From a virus (taxonomy: Duplodnaviria; Heunggongvirae; Uroviricota; Caudoviricetes), in the IMG/VR virus record IMGVR_UViG_3300028559_000023, positions 12,922 through 76,921 of that record: 64,000 bases of DNA. One strand, given 5' to 3'. Both the position numbers and the translations under genes were made by a program. This document shows, one piece after another, positions 28,361 to 38,488 of this stretch; the stretch's first letter is position 1; the number at the start of each line of letters is the position of its first letter. The notes below the pieces were generated by a model that saw only the letters and a program-made list of their open reading frames with translations, was not told the DNA's origin and made no database searches.

Positions 28361-28756
28361 ATGAGAGTCGCTCTTGGCGAAGACCATGTGGTCTACAAAA
28401 CAGTCAAAGAGCAAGTTACGCTAATCTACGATGCAGGCGACATCGAAACGTCCTTCATGGGTATGTTTGGAGGTAATTGCTACCTGATCGAAGCTCCAGA
28501 GGACACTCTTAAGTTGCCGGGTCTGGCGCTGGATGCAGGCGGCAATTATCTGAGTTGTGCTTTGAAGCCCTCAGCGATTGACACTGTGAGTCGTCACGGT
28601 GATTATATCATGTTTTTGCTATGCACAAACAATGCAGGAGGCGACTTCTTTTATGTACCTCAATCCATTCACAATAACAACGCAAACCTGCTTGCAACAG
28701 AAGCGTTGACTATTGCGTACTGGGCGCGTAATGAGCAAGAATTGACATGCAAGTAA
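28361..28756 (+). CDS. hypothetical protein
   Basis: ATG at 28361 with GAGGAA upstream. A TTG at 28334 with GGAGGA upstream is an alternative start. Track ORF 28265 would overlap the upstream gene by 83 nt. Confidence 0.5.
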   Translation: MRVALGEDHVVYKTVKEQVTLIYDAGDIETSFMGMFGGNCYLIEAPEDTLKLPGLALDAGGNYLSCALKPSAIDTVSRHGDYIMFLLCTNNAGGDFFYVPQSIHNNNANLLATEALTIAYWARNEQELTCK

Positions 28757-28947
28757 CAAGGACTTCAGCGCTGACGGGTGTTACAAGGACACTCGAAGTA
28801 AATTGCACTCAAGATCAGTTGTCACGGTTTGAAAACGGTCAAGGACTCGCGCAGAATATTTTTCCTGACTTGTCTGCTGATGATCGTGAGTTCATCATGA
28901 CAGGCATTTCTAAAGAAGAGTGGGATCGTTCGATTCCAGACGAGTAG
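28747..28947 (+). CDS. hypothetical protein
   Basis: 66-aa ORF overlapping the upstream gene end. Confidence 0.4.
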   Translation: MQVTRTSALTGVTRTLEVNCTQDQLSRFENGQGLAQNIFPDLSADDREFIMTGISKEEWDRSIPDE

Positions 28948-28961
28948 CACTTCATGTTTGC

Positions 28962-28982
28962 GAACCCGTTATCTTAACCCTC
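28962..28982 (+). promoter_or_regulatory. conserved motif GAACCCGTTATCTTAACCCTC, a putative phage-RNAP promoter (copy 2)
   Basis: 19/21 identity to the copy at 18360. Intergenic, 26 nt upstream of the SSB-like gene that opens the replication block. Confidence 0.5.
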
Positions 28983-29007
28983 TTCTTCTTTTCTACTAAA
29001 GGTACTT

Positions 29008-29523
29008 ATGGCGATCTTAAAGGACTGCGAAGTCTACTACCTCAAAGCAAACCCCAGTCGTCCCAATCGAAAGTATGACAAGGAAAATCCCACTTGGGAA
29101 GTTCAGCTGCGTACCCGCGATAAGGTCAAAAAGGCTGAATGGCGCGCCCTCGGCTTGCCAATGAAAGACGTTATCCCGGAAGACGGTTCGCCTGCATACA
29201 CGCGGGTAAGTCTTCGCAAACGAATCATCAAGAAGGACAAGACGGCCGCGTCGCCTGTTGAAGTCATCAACGCAAGTCGTGAGCCAATTGATCCTGACAC
29301 TGTCGGTAACGGCTCTATTGCCAACATCCGTCTTTATCAGTACGAATATCCTAAGAAGGGCGGCGGAATGGCTGTCGCTTTTGTCTTGATGGGTATTCAG
29401 GTCAAGAAACTCATTAAGTACGAAGCTCGTGTACGTGATGACGACTTCGATGATGAAGGTGAGACTGAGGTCGTTGAACCTGAAGCAGCAGGCGCTCCTG
29501 AAGAGGATCCTGAGAAGTATTGA
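29008..29523 (+). CDS. putative single-stranded DNA-binding protein (acidic C-terminal tail)
   Basis: 171 aa. Basic N-terminal two-thirds, then the acidic tail DDDFDDEGETEVVEPEAAGAPEEDPEKY, as in T7 gp2.5-type SSBs. First gene after the promoter motif. Confidence 0.35.
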   Translation: MAILKDCEVYYLKANPSRPNRKYDKENPTWEVQLRTRDKVKKAEWRALGLPMKDVIPEDGSPAYTRVSLRKRIIKKDKTAASPVEVINASREPIDPDTVGNGSIANIRLYQYEYPKKGGGMAVAFVLMGIQVKKLIKYEARVRDDDFDDEGETEVVEPEAAGAPEEDPEKY

Positions 29524-29530
29524 TGAGAAT

Positions 29531-29546
29531 GGCACCTTCGGGTGCC
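29531..29546 (+). other. GC hairpin with UUCG tetraloop (GGCACC-TTCG-GGTGCC) followed by TAAAATTT
   Basis: Lies immediately after the stop at 29523. A member of the UUCG-hairpin family seen at 25471, 38489 and 46007. Confidence 0.6.
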
Positions 29547-29562
29547 TAAAATTTGAGGTCAT

Positions 29563-30165
29563 ATGCCACAATATCGTGTATTTCACTTAGACGCCCTTCA
29601 GCACTCCAATATCCCGCAATTCGCCGAAGTTTTCCAAGATGCCAATGCGCTTTTTGACAATTATCCTGCACCTTTGTCAACAGATCTTCGTATCGTACAG
29701 CTGAAGGCTCAAGACCCTAACGAGTTCTTTGACTTGTCCCCTAGAATAATTCAAGAGCTCCTTGAGGGATGGCAAGAGTTACAACAGGCGAAAGAAATAG
29801 CCTGGTCAATGGGTATGGAGGCTAGCTCTGACGCCCAGGGCGTCGGCCCCACCACTGCTGACACTATCGACTACAAAGGGCAAGTCCAAAGAGCAGCGCA
29901 CTATCAGAACTTCATTGATGACTATCAATGGATTGACGCTGAGATGCGTAAGCCATATTTGCGAGATGACCTATCCGCAGCTTCTAAGGCACTGTCTTTA
30001 CAGATAAGCAAATACTTATCAAGAGAAGGGCGTAAGGACGACGTTATCAAGGAGAATCTCAAGGCAGTGTGGTACATCCACTATAAGGTGGCAATGCTGC
30101 TAGAAGGTGGACCTATCAAAGCAGATGACGTTCCTGCGATTCTGAAGAAACATGGCTTCCTTTGA
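29563..30165 (+). CDS. hypothetical protein
   Basis: 200 aa. The 3' end overlaps the DNA polymerase start. Confidence 0.55.
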   Translation: MPQYRVFHLDALQHSNIPQFAEVFQDANALFDNYPAPLSTDLRIVQLKAQDPNEFFDLSPRIIQELLEGWQELQQAKEIAWSMGMEASSDAQGVGPTTADTIDYKGQVQRAAHYQNFIDDYQWIDAEMRKPYLRDDLSAASKALSLQISKYLSREGRKDDVIKENLKAVWYIHYKVAMLLEGGPIKADDVPAILKKHGFL

Positions 30166-32131
30166 GCAATGTATTTTTGACATAGAAGGTGATGGGCTGC
30201 TTTCCAAGGTCACTAAGATGTGGATTATACACTTTGTGTGTGTAGCCACAGGTGAAACTAAAGAGTGGCTTATCGGCGAGCAAGGTTGGCAAGATTTCAT
30301 AAACAAGCGTGTAAAGAAGCTGATTGGTCACAATATTCTTGGATATGATGTCCAGGTATTTGAGAAGCTGTTTGACTACAAGATACCTGATCATGTTTTG
30401 CTAGTTGACACAATTGTCCTATCACGGGTTTTGAATTACCGGCGTTTCGGTCTGGATGGTCATAGCCTTGAGGCTTGGGGCGAGTTCTTCGGGCAACCCA
30501 AGCAAGAACACGAAGACTGGTCTCAATTGTCCCCTGAGATGATCAGTCGCTGCCGCTCTGACTGTCAGCTTAATTTGCGTGTGTATCAAACACTACGTGA
30601 AGAATTGCTCGACAAGCTGGCAAGACAGAAGACCAGCTCCATACCGCCAGAGTTGTTCATCACATATCTAGATATCGAGCATGCAGTGTCTAGATGGTGT
30701 GGAGATTGCGAGCGTGAGGGCTGGCCTTTCAACAAGTCTAAGGCTGTTGTGCTGAGAGGCGAACTTCAGGAAGAAGTAAGGAAAGCAGAGGACGCTCTAT
30801 CAGCAAGGCTTGGAAACAAAACAATCGCTACGGACCTTGTCAAAGGTATCGTTGAAACTAAGAGACCGAAGTGGACAAAAGAGGGTTTCTACGACGCTCA
30901 CACCTGTCGTTGGTTCGGCGTTGATAAGTTTGAAGGTCACCCTGAAGAGTCTCAGCCAATAATTGGCGAGTACTGTCGCGTAGAGTTTGTACCACTAAAG
31001 CTTTCATCGGTGACAGACGTTAAGATATTTCTTGACCGCAATGGCTGGGAGCCGACGGAATGGAATTGGAAGAACGAAGTCGACGACAACGGCCGTAATC
31101 GCAAGGTCAAAGGCTCGCCTAAAATCACTGAAGATAGCCTGGAGTTTCTTGGCGGCGATGGCGTGCTGTATTCGAACTATGTGGTCGCAAAGTCGCGTCT
31201 GTCCATCCTTGAAACGTGGATTAACGCAGTAGACGAAAACGGAAATCTGCACGGTGAGTGCTTGTCAATCGGCACGCCCAGTATGCGTGCAACACACAAG
31301 ATCATTGTCAACGTACCATCAGCAGAATCTGCTTACGGTCGGCAGATGCGTGAGTTGTTCGAGTGCGAACCAGGCTGGGTGCTGATAGGCTGTGACTCTG
31401 CAAGCAACCAAGCGCGTGGCTTAGCGCATTTCCTTGGCGATCCGGTATTCACTGACACGCTGATCAATGGCGATATTCACACCTACAACGCTGAGTTGAT
31501 TGATCGCATCCTGACTTCAATGGGTATTGACTGGAGCGAGGAGCTCATAAAAGGTGGCTTGAAGCCAGACAAAGATCAGACAATGGAGCAAGCGCTGAAG
31601 AAGAGAAAGCGCGCTGCGGCAAAGCGAATTTTGTACGCTTTCTTATTCGGCGCCTCGGGCGGCAAACTTTGGTCTTATCTGTTTGGCAAAACCAACGCAA
31701 AGCAAGGTAACAAATTCAAAGCAGGATTCGTTAACGCCGTGCCTGGATTCAAGAATCTCCTCGAAAAACTTGAGAAGATCTTTGGTGCTACGTCACGTGG
31801 AGGTAATTTCGGTTACATCCCTTCAGTGGCTGGTGCCCGTATCTACGTAGACTCCTTCCATAAGCTCTTGGTGTACTTGCTTCAGAGTACTGAGAAGGCC
31901 ACTTGCGGCGCCGCCGTGATGCTGCTCGTTAAGGCATTAAAAGCAAAGAACATACCCTTCAAACCATCCATATTCATGCACGACGAAGTTCAGTTTAGAG
32001 TGCCTGAGGCTTACGCCGAGGAGGCTAGAGCCCTAGGTGCGTTGGCTTTCAAGGAAGGTCCGAAGCTGCTCAACGTCAACATCATGGATGGCGATGCGCG
32101 TATTGGTAAGAATTGGTTCGACACACATTGA
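30152..32131 (+). CDS. DNA polymerase, family A, with N-terminal 3'-5' exonuclease
   Basis: Exo I motif FDIEGDG. Motif A region LIGCDSASNQARGLAHF. Motif B KRKRAAAKRILYAFLFGASGGKL. Motif C IFMHDEVQF. Confidence 0.85.
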   Translation: MASFEQCIFDIEGDGLLSKVTKMWIIHFVCVATGETKEWLIGEQGWQDFINKRVKKLIGHNILGYDVQVFEKLFDYKIPDHVLLVDTIVLSRVLNYRRFGLDGHSLEAWGEFFGQPKQEHEDWSQLSPEMISRCRSDCQLNLRVYQTLREELLDKLARQKTSSIPPELFITYLDIEHAVSRWCGDCEREGWPFNKSKAVVLRGELQEEVRKAEDALSARLGNKTIATDLVKGIVETKRPKWTKEGFYDAHTCRWFGVDKFEGHPEESQPIIGEYCRVEFVPLKLSSVTDVKIFLDRNGWEPTEWNWKNEVDDNGRNRKVKGSPKITEDSLEFLGGDGVLYSNYVVAKSRLSILETWINAVDENGNLHGECLSIGTPSMRATHKIIVNVPSAESAYGRQMRELFECEPGWVLIGCDSASNQARGLAHFLGDPVFTDTLINGDIHTYNAELIDRILTSMGIDWSEELIKGGLKPDKDQTMEQALKKRKRAAAKRILYAFLFGASGGKLWSYLFGKTNAKQGNKFKAGFVNAVPGFKNLLEKLEKIFGATSRGGNFGYIPSVAGARIYVDSFHKLLVYLLQSTEKATCGAAVMLLVKALKAKNIPFKPSIFMHDEVQFRVPEAYAEEARALGALAFKEGPKLLNVNIMDGDARIGKNWFDTH

Positions 32132-32137
32132 GGTAAC

Positions 32138-32413
32138 ATGCCTAAAAATGACATATACGCCGTTGGAGTTCGTTTCAACGACATGGGTGGCTGGTCAAAA
32201 GTATATACATACAAATCGTATGTGTCTTCAAAACCAGGGTCTATTGTCTTAGTAGACGCTTCAGGGCTGCCAAAGGTTGCTCATGTTGTTAGCTGCCACG
32301 ATGAATTCACGTTTGATCCAAGGATTAACTATAAGAACATCCTGGCGGACGTTACACCATTGGTACCTGACGAGATTAAGGATCGCCTCAAGCTTCCAAA
32401 AGTACTTAAATGA
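32138..32413 (+). CDS. hypothetical protein
   Basis: 91 aa. RBS GAGG upstream. Confidence 0.5.
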   Translation: MPKNDIYAVGVRFNDMGGWSKVYTYKSYVSSKPGSIVLVDASGLPKVAHVVSCHDEFTFDPRINYKNILADVTPLVPDEIKDRLKLPKVLK

Positions 32414-32877
32414 ATGTATTCATTCTCGCAAGCGATCCTGCAGAGGCAGCCTCGTACCTTTGCGATAAACATCTTGTAAGCCAGGCAAACGAGTCCGCTC
32501 AAATAATCTCTGCAGTAAACCGTGGTCCGTACAAACATACACAAGCGCAGTTGAACCATCCTTGTGTTAAATGGGCTGGGTTCTCTCCTGACAACTACAG
32601 TTGGCTAGTAGAGCATGCTAAGGCGATTTATAAGGAGTACACGGCAGTGTACAACAAACGCCACGCGGCCGAGGATTTGTCTTATTGCTTTGAAAAGCCG
32701 ATTGTAAAAATAGGGCCTGGCAAGGCAACTTTCATTCGAGTTTTCAGAGAACCCTTCAGTGAGCTTATACCTGCAGACTTGAGCATCGTTGAGGCTTACA
32801 GGCAATATTACCGCTTGACGCCACTACCAAAAATTTACTCTACGAGAAATGAACCATCATGGCTAAAATTAGTGTAG
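32410..32877 (+). CDS. possible pyrimidine-dimer DNA glycosylase (T4 endonuclease V-like)
   Basis: The N-terminus MNVFILASDPAEAASYLCDKHLVSQ resembles T4 DenV [23 protein letters not shown]. The size is also compatible. Judged by eye only. Confidence 0.3.
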   Translation: MNVFILASDPAEAASYLCDKHLVSQANESAQIISAVNRGPYKHTQAQLNHPCVKWAGFSPDNYSWLVEHAKAIYKEYTAVYNKRHAAEDLSYCFEKPIVKIGPGKATFIRVFREPFSELIPADLSIVEAYRQYYRLTPLPKIYSTRNEPSWLKLV

Positions 32878-33179
32878 AAGACTATTTGCTTGCTAAAGCA
32901 GCTGAAGAAGCTTCAGAGCTGTCGATTGAATTCAACAAATGTATTGTGTTTGGGCCAAGTTCTGTTTACGAAGGAAAGACGCAGCTTGAAAAAGTCAACA
33001 GGGAATTCAATGATTTACTGACAATCGTTGGTATGTTGAATGCGATATTCATACAGAAATACGGCAGTACGGTCGTTGTAGACCGAGATATGTCGGTTGA
33101 AAAGATCGCTAAGACGCAGTATTACATGAACGTTTCAAGAGAGCTAGGAAGGTTAGAAGGTGACAATAGCAATAATTGA
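32859..33179 (+). CDS. hypothetical protein
   Basis: 106-aa ORF overlapping both neighbours. Confidence 0.5.
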   Translation: MAKISVEDYLLAKAAEEASELSIEFNKCIVFGPSSVYEGKTQLEKVNREFNDLLTIVGMLNAIFIQKYGSTVVVDRDMSVEKIAKTQYYMNVSRELGRLEGDNSNN

Positions 33180-34005
33180 CGGCGATATCATCTGCTACCA
33201 GTGCACTTACAACATTTGGCAAAACAGGCTGCAGGATGCCGGTATAAAGCCAGACTCTAAAGGCATTTACAAGGTTACGTTAGACGCCGACGGGAACAAG
33301 TTCATACCGCCGATGACTCGCGAACAAGAGACTAAGTATCTAAAAACTTGTTGGGAAATCTTCAAGAAGAAGCTTAACGATCTACTTGAAGTAACCTACT
33401 GCGACGAGTTTGTCATGGCAGTCAAGGGAGGCTCTTCCTTCCGAGACCACATGTTTGATACGTATAAAGGCAACCGGGAGCAGACTGAAGAAGTTCGGAA
33501 TGCGTTTGTGCCGACAATAAGGCAACTGGCAGTTCATGAGCTAGATGCCATACCTTGTGTAGGATACGAGGCTGACGATCTTTTGCGTATATGGCGAAGA
33601 CAAGCCAACGAGGCTGGCCAAGATAATGTACTGTGCACTATCGACAAAGATCTGAAGTGTGAGCCAGGTCTCTACTTCAACATGCATAAGATGCACTGGA
33701 GGATGGAGACTATTAGCGAGCACGATGCACTTTACAACTACTACTACCAGCTAATCCTTGGTGACGGTACAGACAACGTACCTGGCATCCAAGGTGTGGG
33801 TAAGGTAGGTGCAAAACGCATACTATCCGGAGCCCTGACCGATAACGATTTTCAAGAAGCTGTTGTCGGGGCGTACATCGCAAGATACCAGGATAGCTGG
33901 TTCTCAAGTCTGCTTGCCAATGGGCGAATGATTCATTTATGGCGTTACCCTCACGACTATTTCAATCCTCGCGAGTGGGCTGTTGTTAGGGAGTTACTGG
34001 AATGA
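33160..34005 (+). CDS. 5'-3' exonuclease / flap endonuclease (FEN family)
   Basis: Motifs DGDIICY, GYEADD, CTIDKDL and the H3TH motif LILGDGTDNVPGIQGVGKVGAKR. Confidence 0.8.
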   Translation: MTIAIIDGDIICYQCTYNIWQNRLQDAGIKPDSKGIYKVTLDADGNKFIPPMTREQETKYLKTCWEIFKKKLNDLLEVTYCDEFVMAVKGGSSFRDHMFDTYKGNREQTEEVRNAFVPTIRQLAVHELDAIPCVGYEADDLLRIWRRQANEAGQDNVLCTIDKDLKCEPGLYFNMHKMHWRMETISEHDALYNYYYQLILGDGTDNVPGIQGVGKVGAKRILSGALTDNDFQEAVVGAYIARYQDSWFSSLLANGRMIHLWRYPHDYFNPREWAVVRELLE

Positions 34006-34487
34006 GCGTTTATACGGGTACTGTCCCCACAGTGAAGAGAGAGATTGTCGCCTCCAACGATAATGGACAGTGGGAATTTGGTAGCAAGATGGGCGTAGGT
34101 TTGGGGTTTGTGTATCTGGTGTATGACACCGTATTGCACCGCTTCTACATCGGTAGGAAGAACTATCAATCGCGGAGTAAAGGACGATTGGTTGAAAGTG
34201 ATTGGCGAAACTACCGCTCGTCTTCAAAGATCTTGGCTAGTCTATTGGAAAACAGGCCGCACGAAGAGTTTCGATGGATCTGTTTGGATCAGTATTTCAC
34301 AGCATCTGGGCTGGCTTATGCAGAAACTTGGTCGCTATGCTACGTCGAAGCACCGACTAAGAAGTACGTGTACAACAAGCGTATAGAGGCCATCACCTGG
34401 AACGTCAAAGAACCTGTATCTTTGCTTCACATGGCTACTCTAAACAAGTATAACGACATGGCAATCGAGTTTAACAAGACTGCTTAA
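34002..34487 (+). CDS. GIY-YIG endonuclease (homing-endonuclease-like)
   Basis: Motif GFVYLVYDTVLHRFYIGRKN matches GIY-x(10)-YIG. 161 aa. Inserted between the exonuclease and primase genes. Confidence 0.6.
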   Translation: MSVYTGTVPTVKREIVASNDNGQWEFGSKMGVGLGFVYLVYDTVLHRFYIGRKNYQSRSKGRLVESDWRNYRSSSKILASLLENRPHEEFRWICLDQYFTASGLAYAETWSLCYVEAPTKKYVYNKRIEAITWNVKEPVSLLHMATLNKYNDMAIEFNKTA

Positions 34488-34488
34488 A

Positions 34489-36144
34489 ATGGGAAAGATA
34501 AAGAAAAAGGATTTATCTTGTCTAGATACTGTAAACTGTAAATCCTCAGATGCGCGGCAGCTTTATGAAGACGGCACTTCGTTCTGCTTCTCTTGTAAGA
34601 CGTGGTTCCCAAAAAGTGAAGAGGACGGTGAAGTGACTGAGGATGAAGAGATCAAACCTGTAAAACGTAACGATCTCAACAAAGAGTTGGAACAGATTGC
34701 TGCTTATGGTCATAGAGGCTTTGCTGAAAGAAAGGTTGAGAAATTAGTCGCCGAGTATTTTGGAGTAAAGGTCTCGTATGGTTCTGACGGCAAGATAGAC
34801 ACACACTATTACCCATACGAAAACGGCAAGGCCTACAAAAGGCGCTACGTACCTACCAAGAAATTTAACTGGATAGGTAAATCAAAAGCGTTGTTTGGTA
34901 AAGAACTGTTCAACGGCGGCGGACGTCGTGTAATTGTTGTAGAAGGTGAAATTGACTGCCTTTCAATTGCGCAAGCCAGCCAAGACAAGTACAAGAAAAT
35001 ATACCCAGTAGTATCCATATCCTCAGCAACTTGGGCACCAGAGCAGCTACTTGCGAATAGAGATTGGCTTAGGTCTTTCAGCGAGATCATTATATGCTTC
35101 GATGAGGATGATGCAGGCGAAGACGCCCGCAAAGAAGCTATAAAGATTCTAGGCCTTGACAAAGTAAAAATAACGAAGCTCCCGAGGAAGGATGCTAACG
35201 AAGTTTTAGTCGAGGACGGCTCCGAAGCCTTGATGACTTGTATTTTCAATGCCGCTAAATATATCCCATCAGGTATCATAAGTACCTCGGATGTATGGAA
35301 AGCAATTGTAGAGTACAGCTCCAAGCCTTCAATACCGTATCCTCCATGCTTTGGAGGCATCACTTCAAAGACCAAGGGGATGCGTCTTGGTGAGATTAGT
35401 CTGTTCACGTCCGGTACATCTTGTGGCAAAAGCACGATGCTGCGGGAAATTGCGCTGCACATAATCGAAACAGTACCTGGCACAAAGGTGGGTATCTGCT
35501 CTCTTGAGGAGTCTCCAGCCGAAACAGGTATTAAGTTCGCAGCAATGCAACTAAAGCGAAACCCTGCTGATGTTGAAATACCTCTTGATGAACTGCAAAT
35601 CGGTTTCGATAATGTGTTTAGAGATGATCGTCTCATGCTGGTTGACCACCAAGGCAGCCTCAAAGACGAAAGCATCATTGACAAACTTGAGTACCTTGCA
35701 CTGTCGGGTTGTCAGTATATCGTGATTGACCACGTGACTATTCTTGTATCGGAAGGTGCAGAAGGTCTTACTGGCAATGAAGCGATTGACAAGGTCATGA
35801 ATGACTTGTTGCGATTTGTAAAGCGACATAATGTATGGGTAGGTCTCGTTAGCCACCTTCGCAAAACTCCGGTAAATGGAACGTCCTTTGAAGGCGGCCA
35901 AATGCCGACGCTAGATGATATCAAAGGCTCAGGCTCAATCAAGCAAGTGTCCTTTGATATAATCGCATTCGCAAGAAACTTGATGGAAGATGATGTGATA
36001 AAGCGTAACACTATTTCAGCTGCGGTTCTGAAATGCCGATTCACCGGCTTGACTGGTAGAATCCCTGGTGCGTACTACGATTTCAAGACCGGCAGGTTTC
36101 TTGCAGAAGAAGATATCCCGTCTGAAGAGTTTCATTCGCTATGA
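34489..36144 (+). CDS. bifunctional DNA primase / DnaB-family helicase (T7 gp4-like)
   Basis: N-terminal Cys4 zinc ribbon (CLDTVNC...CFSC). TOPRIM motif IVVEGEIDCLS. Walker A GTSCGKST. Walker B YIVIDHV. Confidence 0.85.
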   Translation: MGKIKKKDLSCLDTVNCKSSDARQLYEDGTSFCFSCKTWFPKSEEDGEVTEDEEIKPVKRNDLNKELEQIAAYGHRGFAERKVEKLVAEYFGVKVSYGSDGKIDTHYYPYENGKAYKRRYVPTKKFNWIGKSKALFGKELFNGGGRRVIVVEGEIDCLSIAQASQDKYKKIYPVVSISSATWAPEQLLANRDWLRSFSEIIICFDEDDAGEDARKEAIKILGLDKVKITKLPRKDANEVLVEDGSEALMTCIFNAAKYIPSGIISTSDVWKAIVEYSSKPSIPYPPCFGGITSKTKGMRLGEISLFTSGTSCGKSTMLREIALHIIETVPGTKVGICSLEESPAETGIKFAAMQLKRNPADVEIPLDELQIGFDNVFRDDRLMLVDHQGSLKDESIIDKLEYLALSGCQYIVIDHVTILVSEGAEGLTGNEAIDKVMNDLLRFVKRHNVWVGLVSHLRKTPVNGTSFEGGQMPTLDDIKGSGSIKQVSFDIIAFARNLMEDDVIKRNTISAAVLKCRFTGLTGRIPGAYYDFKTGRFLAEEDIPSEEFHSL

Positions 36145-36335
36145 AAAACTTAGATAAGGCACGGGAGTTGGCGCAGAAAAGTGCTAATAGGCTTAATAAA
36201 GTTCACTATGTTATGCGAACTGTTAAAGGTGATCTTGCAGTGGAGCGTGAAGACATCCTGAGCACGCCCTTCGGAAAGGGCTTGTATCCTGCAAAAGATC
36301 AAATGTTAGTTAAAGTGGAGCCGCATAAAAAATGA
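36141..36335 (+). CDS. hypothetical protein
   Basis: ATGA overlaps on both sides. 64 aa. Confidence 0.5.
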   Translation: MKNLDKARELAQKSANRLNKVHYVMRTVKGDLAVEREDILSTPFGKGLYPAKDQMLVKVEPHKK

Positions 36336-38239
36336 CACCAGCAATTGTAACACCTTGGTCATCCATAGGTTATCTTACCTACAAACGAACTTACGCCAGA
36401 CAAGTGCCTGAAGAAGGCAGAACAGAAGAGTTTGAGGAAACGTGGGGAAGAGTAATTGATGCGTGTAGAAATCAGTTGAACGTTGGCTTCACACCAGACG
36501 AGGAAGCTCGCCTGTTAGAGTACGGCATGAGCCTGAAGGCCACCAGCGCTGGTCGTTTCCTTTGGCAGCTAGGTACACAGACTGTCGACCGCCTTGGTTT
36601 GGCGTCTTTACAGAATTGTGCTTTCACTGTAGTCGACCACCCTATCCGACCTTTCTGCTGGGCAATGGACATGCTGGCGCTGGGTAGCGGTGTGGGTTAC
36701 AACATTCAGCATAAACATGTCGATAAATTACCAACTGTTAGAGAGTTCTTTTCAGCCCCTACGCGAATTGATAATGCAGGCGCAGATTTCATTATTCCCG
36801 ACAGTCGCGAAGGATGGGTTAAATTCCTCGGAAAGACCCTTAAGGCAGCCTTTCTTAGTGATTCCCCTGAAAAGGGAACCTTCACCTTCTATACTGGTTG
36901 CGTCCGTGGTAAAGGAACGCCAATCAAAGGGTTCGGTGGAGTTGCATCTGGACCGGAAGATCTTGTATGGGGCATCGGAAGAATCTCTGAAATCCTAATC
37001 AAGCGACGCGGTCGAAAGATCCGTCCTGTAGATGCGCTGGACATAATGAACATTATCGGTCACATCATCGTGGCCGGCAACGTTCGCCGTAGTGCCCAGA
37101 TCGCCATTGGTGATCCGGATGACGTCGAGTTCTTGCTGGCTAAGCGCTGGGATATGGGTAACATTCCATCTTGGCGTGCGATGAGCAATAACTCAGTGGC
37201 TTGTGACGATATCGAAGATTTGCACGAATTGTTCTGGGACGGTTATGAAGGTAAAGGCGAGCCATACGGTCTCATCAACCTGAAGCTGTCGCGAGCTGAA
37301 GGTCGTACTGGCGAAACTAACTACCCCGATCCAGAAGTTGAGGGCTTCAATCCTTGTGCCGAGCAAAGCCTTGCTCCATACGAGACTTGCTGTCTTGCAA
37401 CTATCTTCCTCCCGAATATTGCTTCGAAGGAAGAGCTGATGGATGCATGCGAACTCGTGTACCGAGTGAATAAGCATTCGCTGATGCTGGCCTGCCACCA
37501 CAAAGATACTGAGCGTATTGTGCATAAGAACATGCGCATGGGTATCAGTATTACAGGTGTTCTTGAAGCAACTCAAGAGCAGCTGTCGTGGCTGGATGAC
37601 ACTTATATCTATCTTCGTCAATTTGATGTCGACTACTCCGCTAAGCTTGGTGTAGCGACTTCTATCAAGCTGACAACGGTCCAGCCTTCTGGAACACTTA
37701 GCTTGTTGCCTGGCATCTTGCCTGGTGTACACCCTGGCTATGCGCGTTTTATGTATCGTCGCATCCGTATCGCTGCCGAGCATCCCTTGGTGCAGCTTTG
37801 CCGCGACAACGGCTATCCTGTAGAGTATGTTCGCAACTTTGACAACTCAGAAGACTACAACACTGTCGTTGTAACCTTCCCGTTCAAGTACTCAGACAAT
37901 GCAAAACTGGCCAATCAAATGACTGCGCTGGATCAGCTTGAGGCTGTTCGTATGATGCAACGTTTGTGGTCCGACAATGGTGTGTCTTGCACTGTCTACT
38001 ATCGCAAAGAGGAGCTGCCTGCAATCAGGGCCTACTTGGCACAAAATTACAGTAAGTTCCATAAGAGTCTATCCTTCTTACTCCATTCAGATCATGGCTT
38101 CCAACAAGCACCTTATGAAGAAATCACCGAGGATCAGTATCGAGACTTGCTTGCCAGAACTAAACCAATTGGTCGTGTCGAGTCGGCGACATTTGAATCT
38201 TCCGACGAGTGCGCTGCAGGTGTTTGCCCGGTCAAGTGA
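36332..38239 (+). CDS. ribonucleotide reductase catalytic chain, probably a monomeric class II (NrdJ-like) enzyme
   Basis: Active-site motif N-x-C-x-E in ...FNPCAEQSLAPYETCCLATIFL. 635 aa. No NrdB-like partner is seen in the window. Confidence 0.55.
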   Translation: MTPAIVTPWSSIGYLTYKRTYARQVPEEGRTEEFEETWGRVIDACRNQLNVGFTPDEEARLLEYGMSLKATSAGRFLWQLGTQTVDRLGLASLQNCAFTVVDHPIRPFCWAMDMLALGSGVGYNIQHKHVDKLPTVREFFSAPTRIDNAGADFIIPDSREGWVKFLGKTLKAAFLSDSPEKGTFTFYTGCVRGKGTPIKGFGGVASGPEDLVWGIGRISEILIKRRGRKIRPVDALDIMNIIGHIIVAGNVRRSAQIAIGDPDDVEFLLAKRWDMGNIPSWRAMSNNSVACDDIEDLHELFWDGYEGKGEPYGLINLKLSRAEGRTGETNYPDPEVEGFNPCAEQSLAPYETCCLATIFLPNIASKEELMDACELVYRVNKHSLMLACHHKDTERIVHKNMRMGISITGVLEATQEQLSWLDDTYIYLRQFDVDYSAKLGVATSIKLTTVQPSGTLSLLPGILPGVHPGYARFMYRRIRIAAEHPLVQLCRDNGYPVEYVRNFDNSEDYNTVVVTFPFKYSDNAKLANQMTALDQLEAVRMMQRLWSDNGVSCTVYYRKEELPAIRAYLAQNYSKFHKSLSFLLHSDHGFQQAPYEEITEDQYRDLLARTKPIGRVESATFESSDECAAGVCPVK

Positions 38240-38261
38240 GGACGCACCTTTACTAGCGCCT

Positions 38262-38486
38262 ATGGCTGAGTTTGTATCTCATAAAGGCGAATACGTATCT
38301 GTGTTCCGAGCACTCCCCATATGTCACTTGATCGCATCCATGGAGCAATACCCTATGGTGATCGCGGCTAGGTTGATATCTATTTGTGTAAGAATAGACG
38401 ATCAGCCGATAACAGTGTTTGACGCAATGACGCGTTTTCGCATGTATGAGTTCAACAAAATCATCAACTTACTAGCTAGGAACTAA
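38262..38486 (+). CDS. hypothetical protein (uncertain)
   Basis: This is an in-frame ATG inside track ORF 37977..38486. The full-length version would overlap the RNR gene by 260 nt. Confidence 0.25.
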   Translation: MAEFVSHKGEYVSVFRALPICHLIASMEQYPMVIAARLISICVRIDDQPITVFDAMTRFRMYEFNKIINLLARN

Positions 38487-38488
38487 CT

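Noticed and set aside
37977-38486. 169-aa ORF overlapping the last 260 nt of the ribonucleotide reductase gene
   Set aside because: The overlap is in another frame of a well-supported gene. Only the portion downstream of the RNR stop (from the ATG at 38262) is kept, as a low-confidence CDS.
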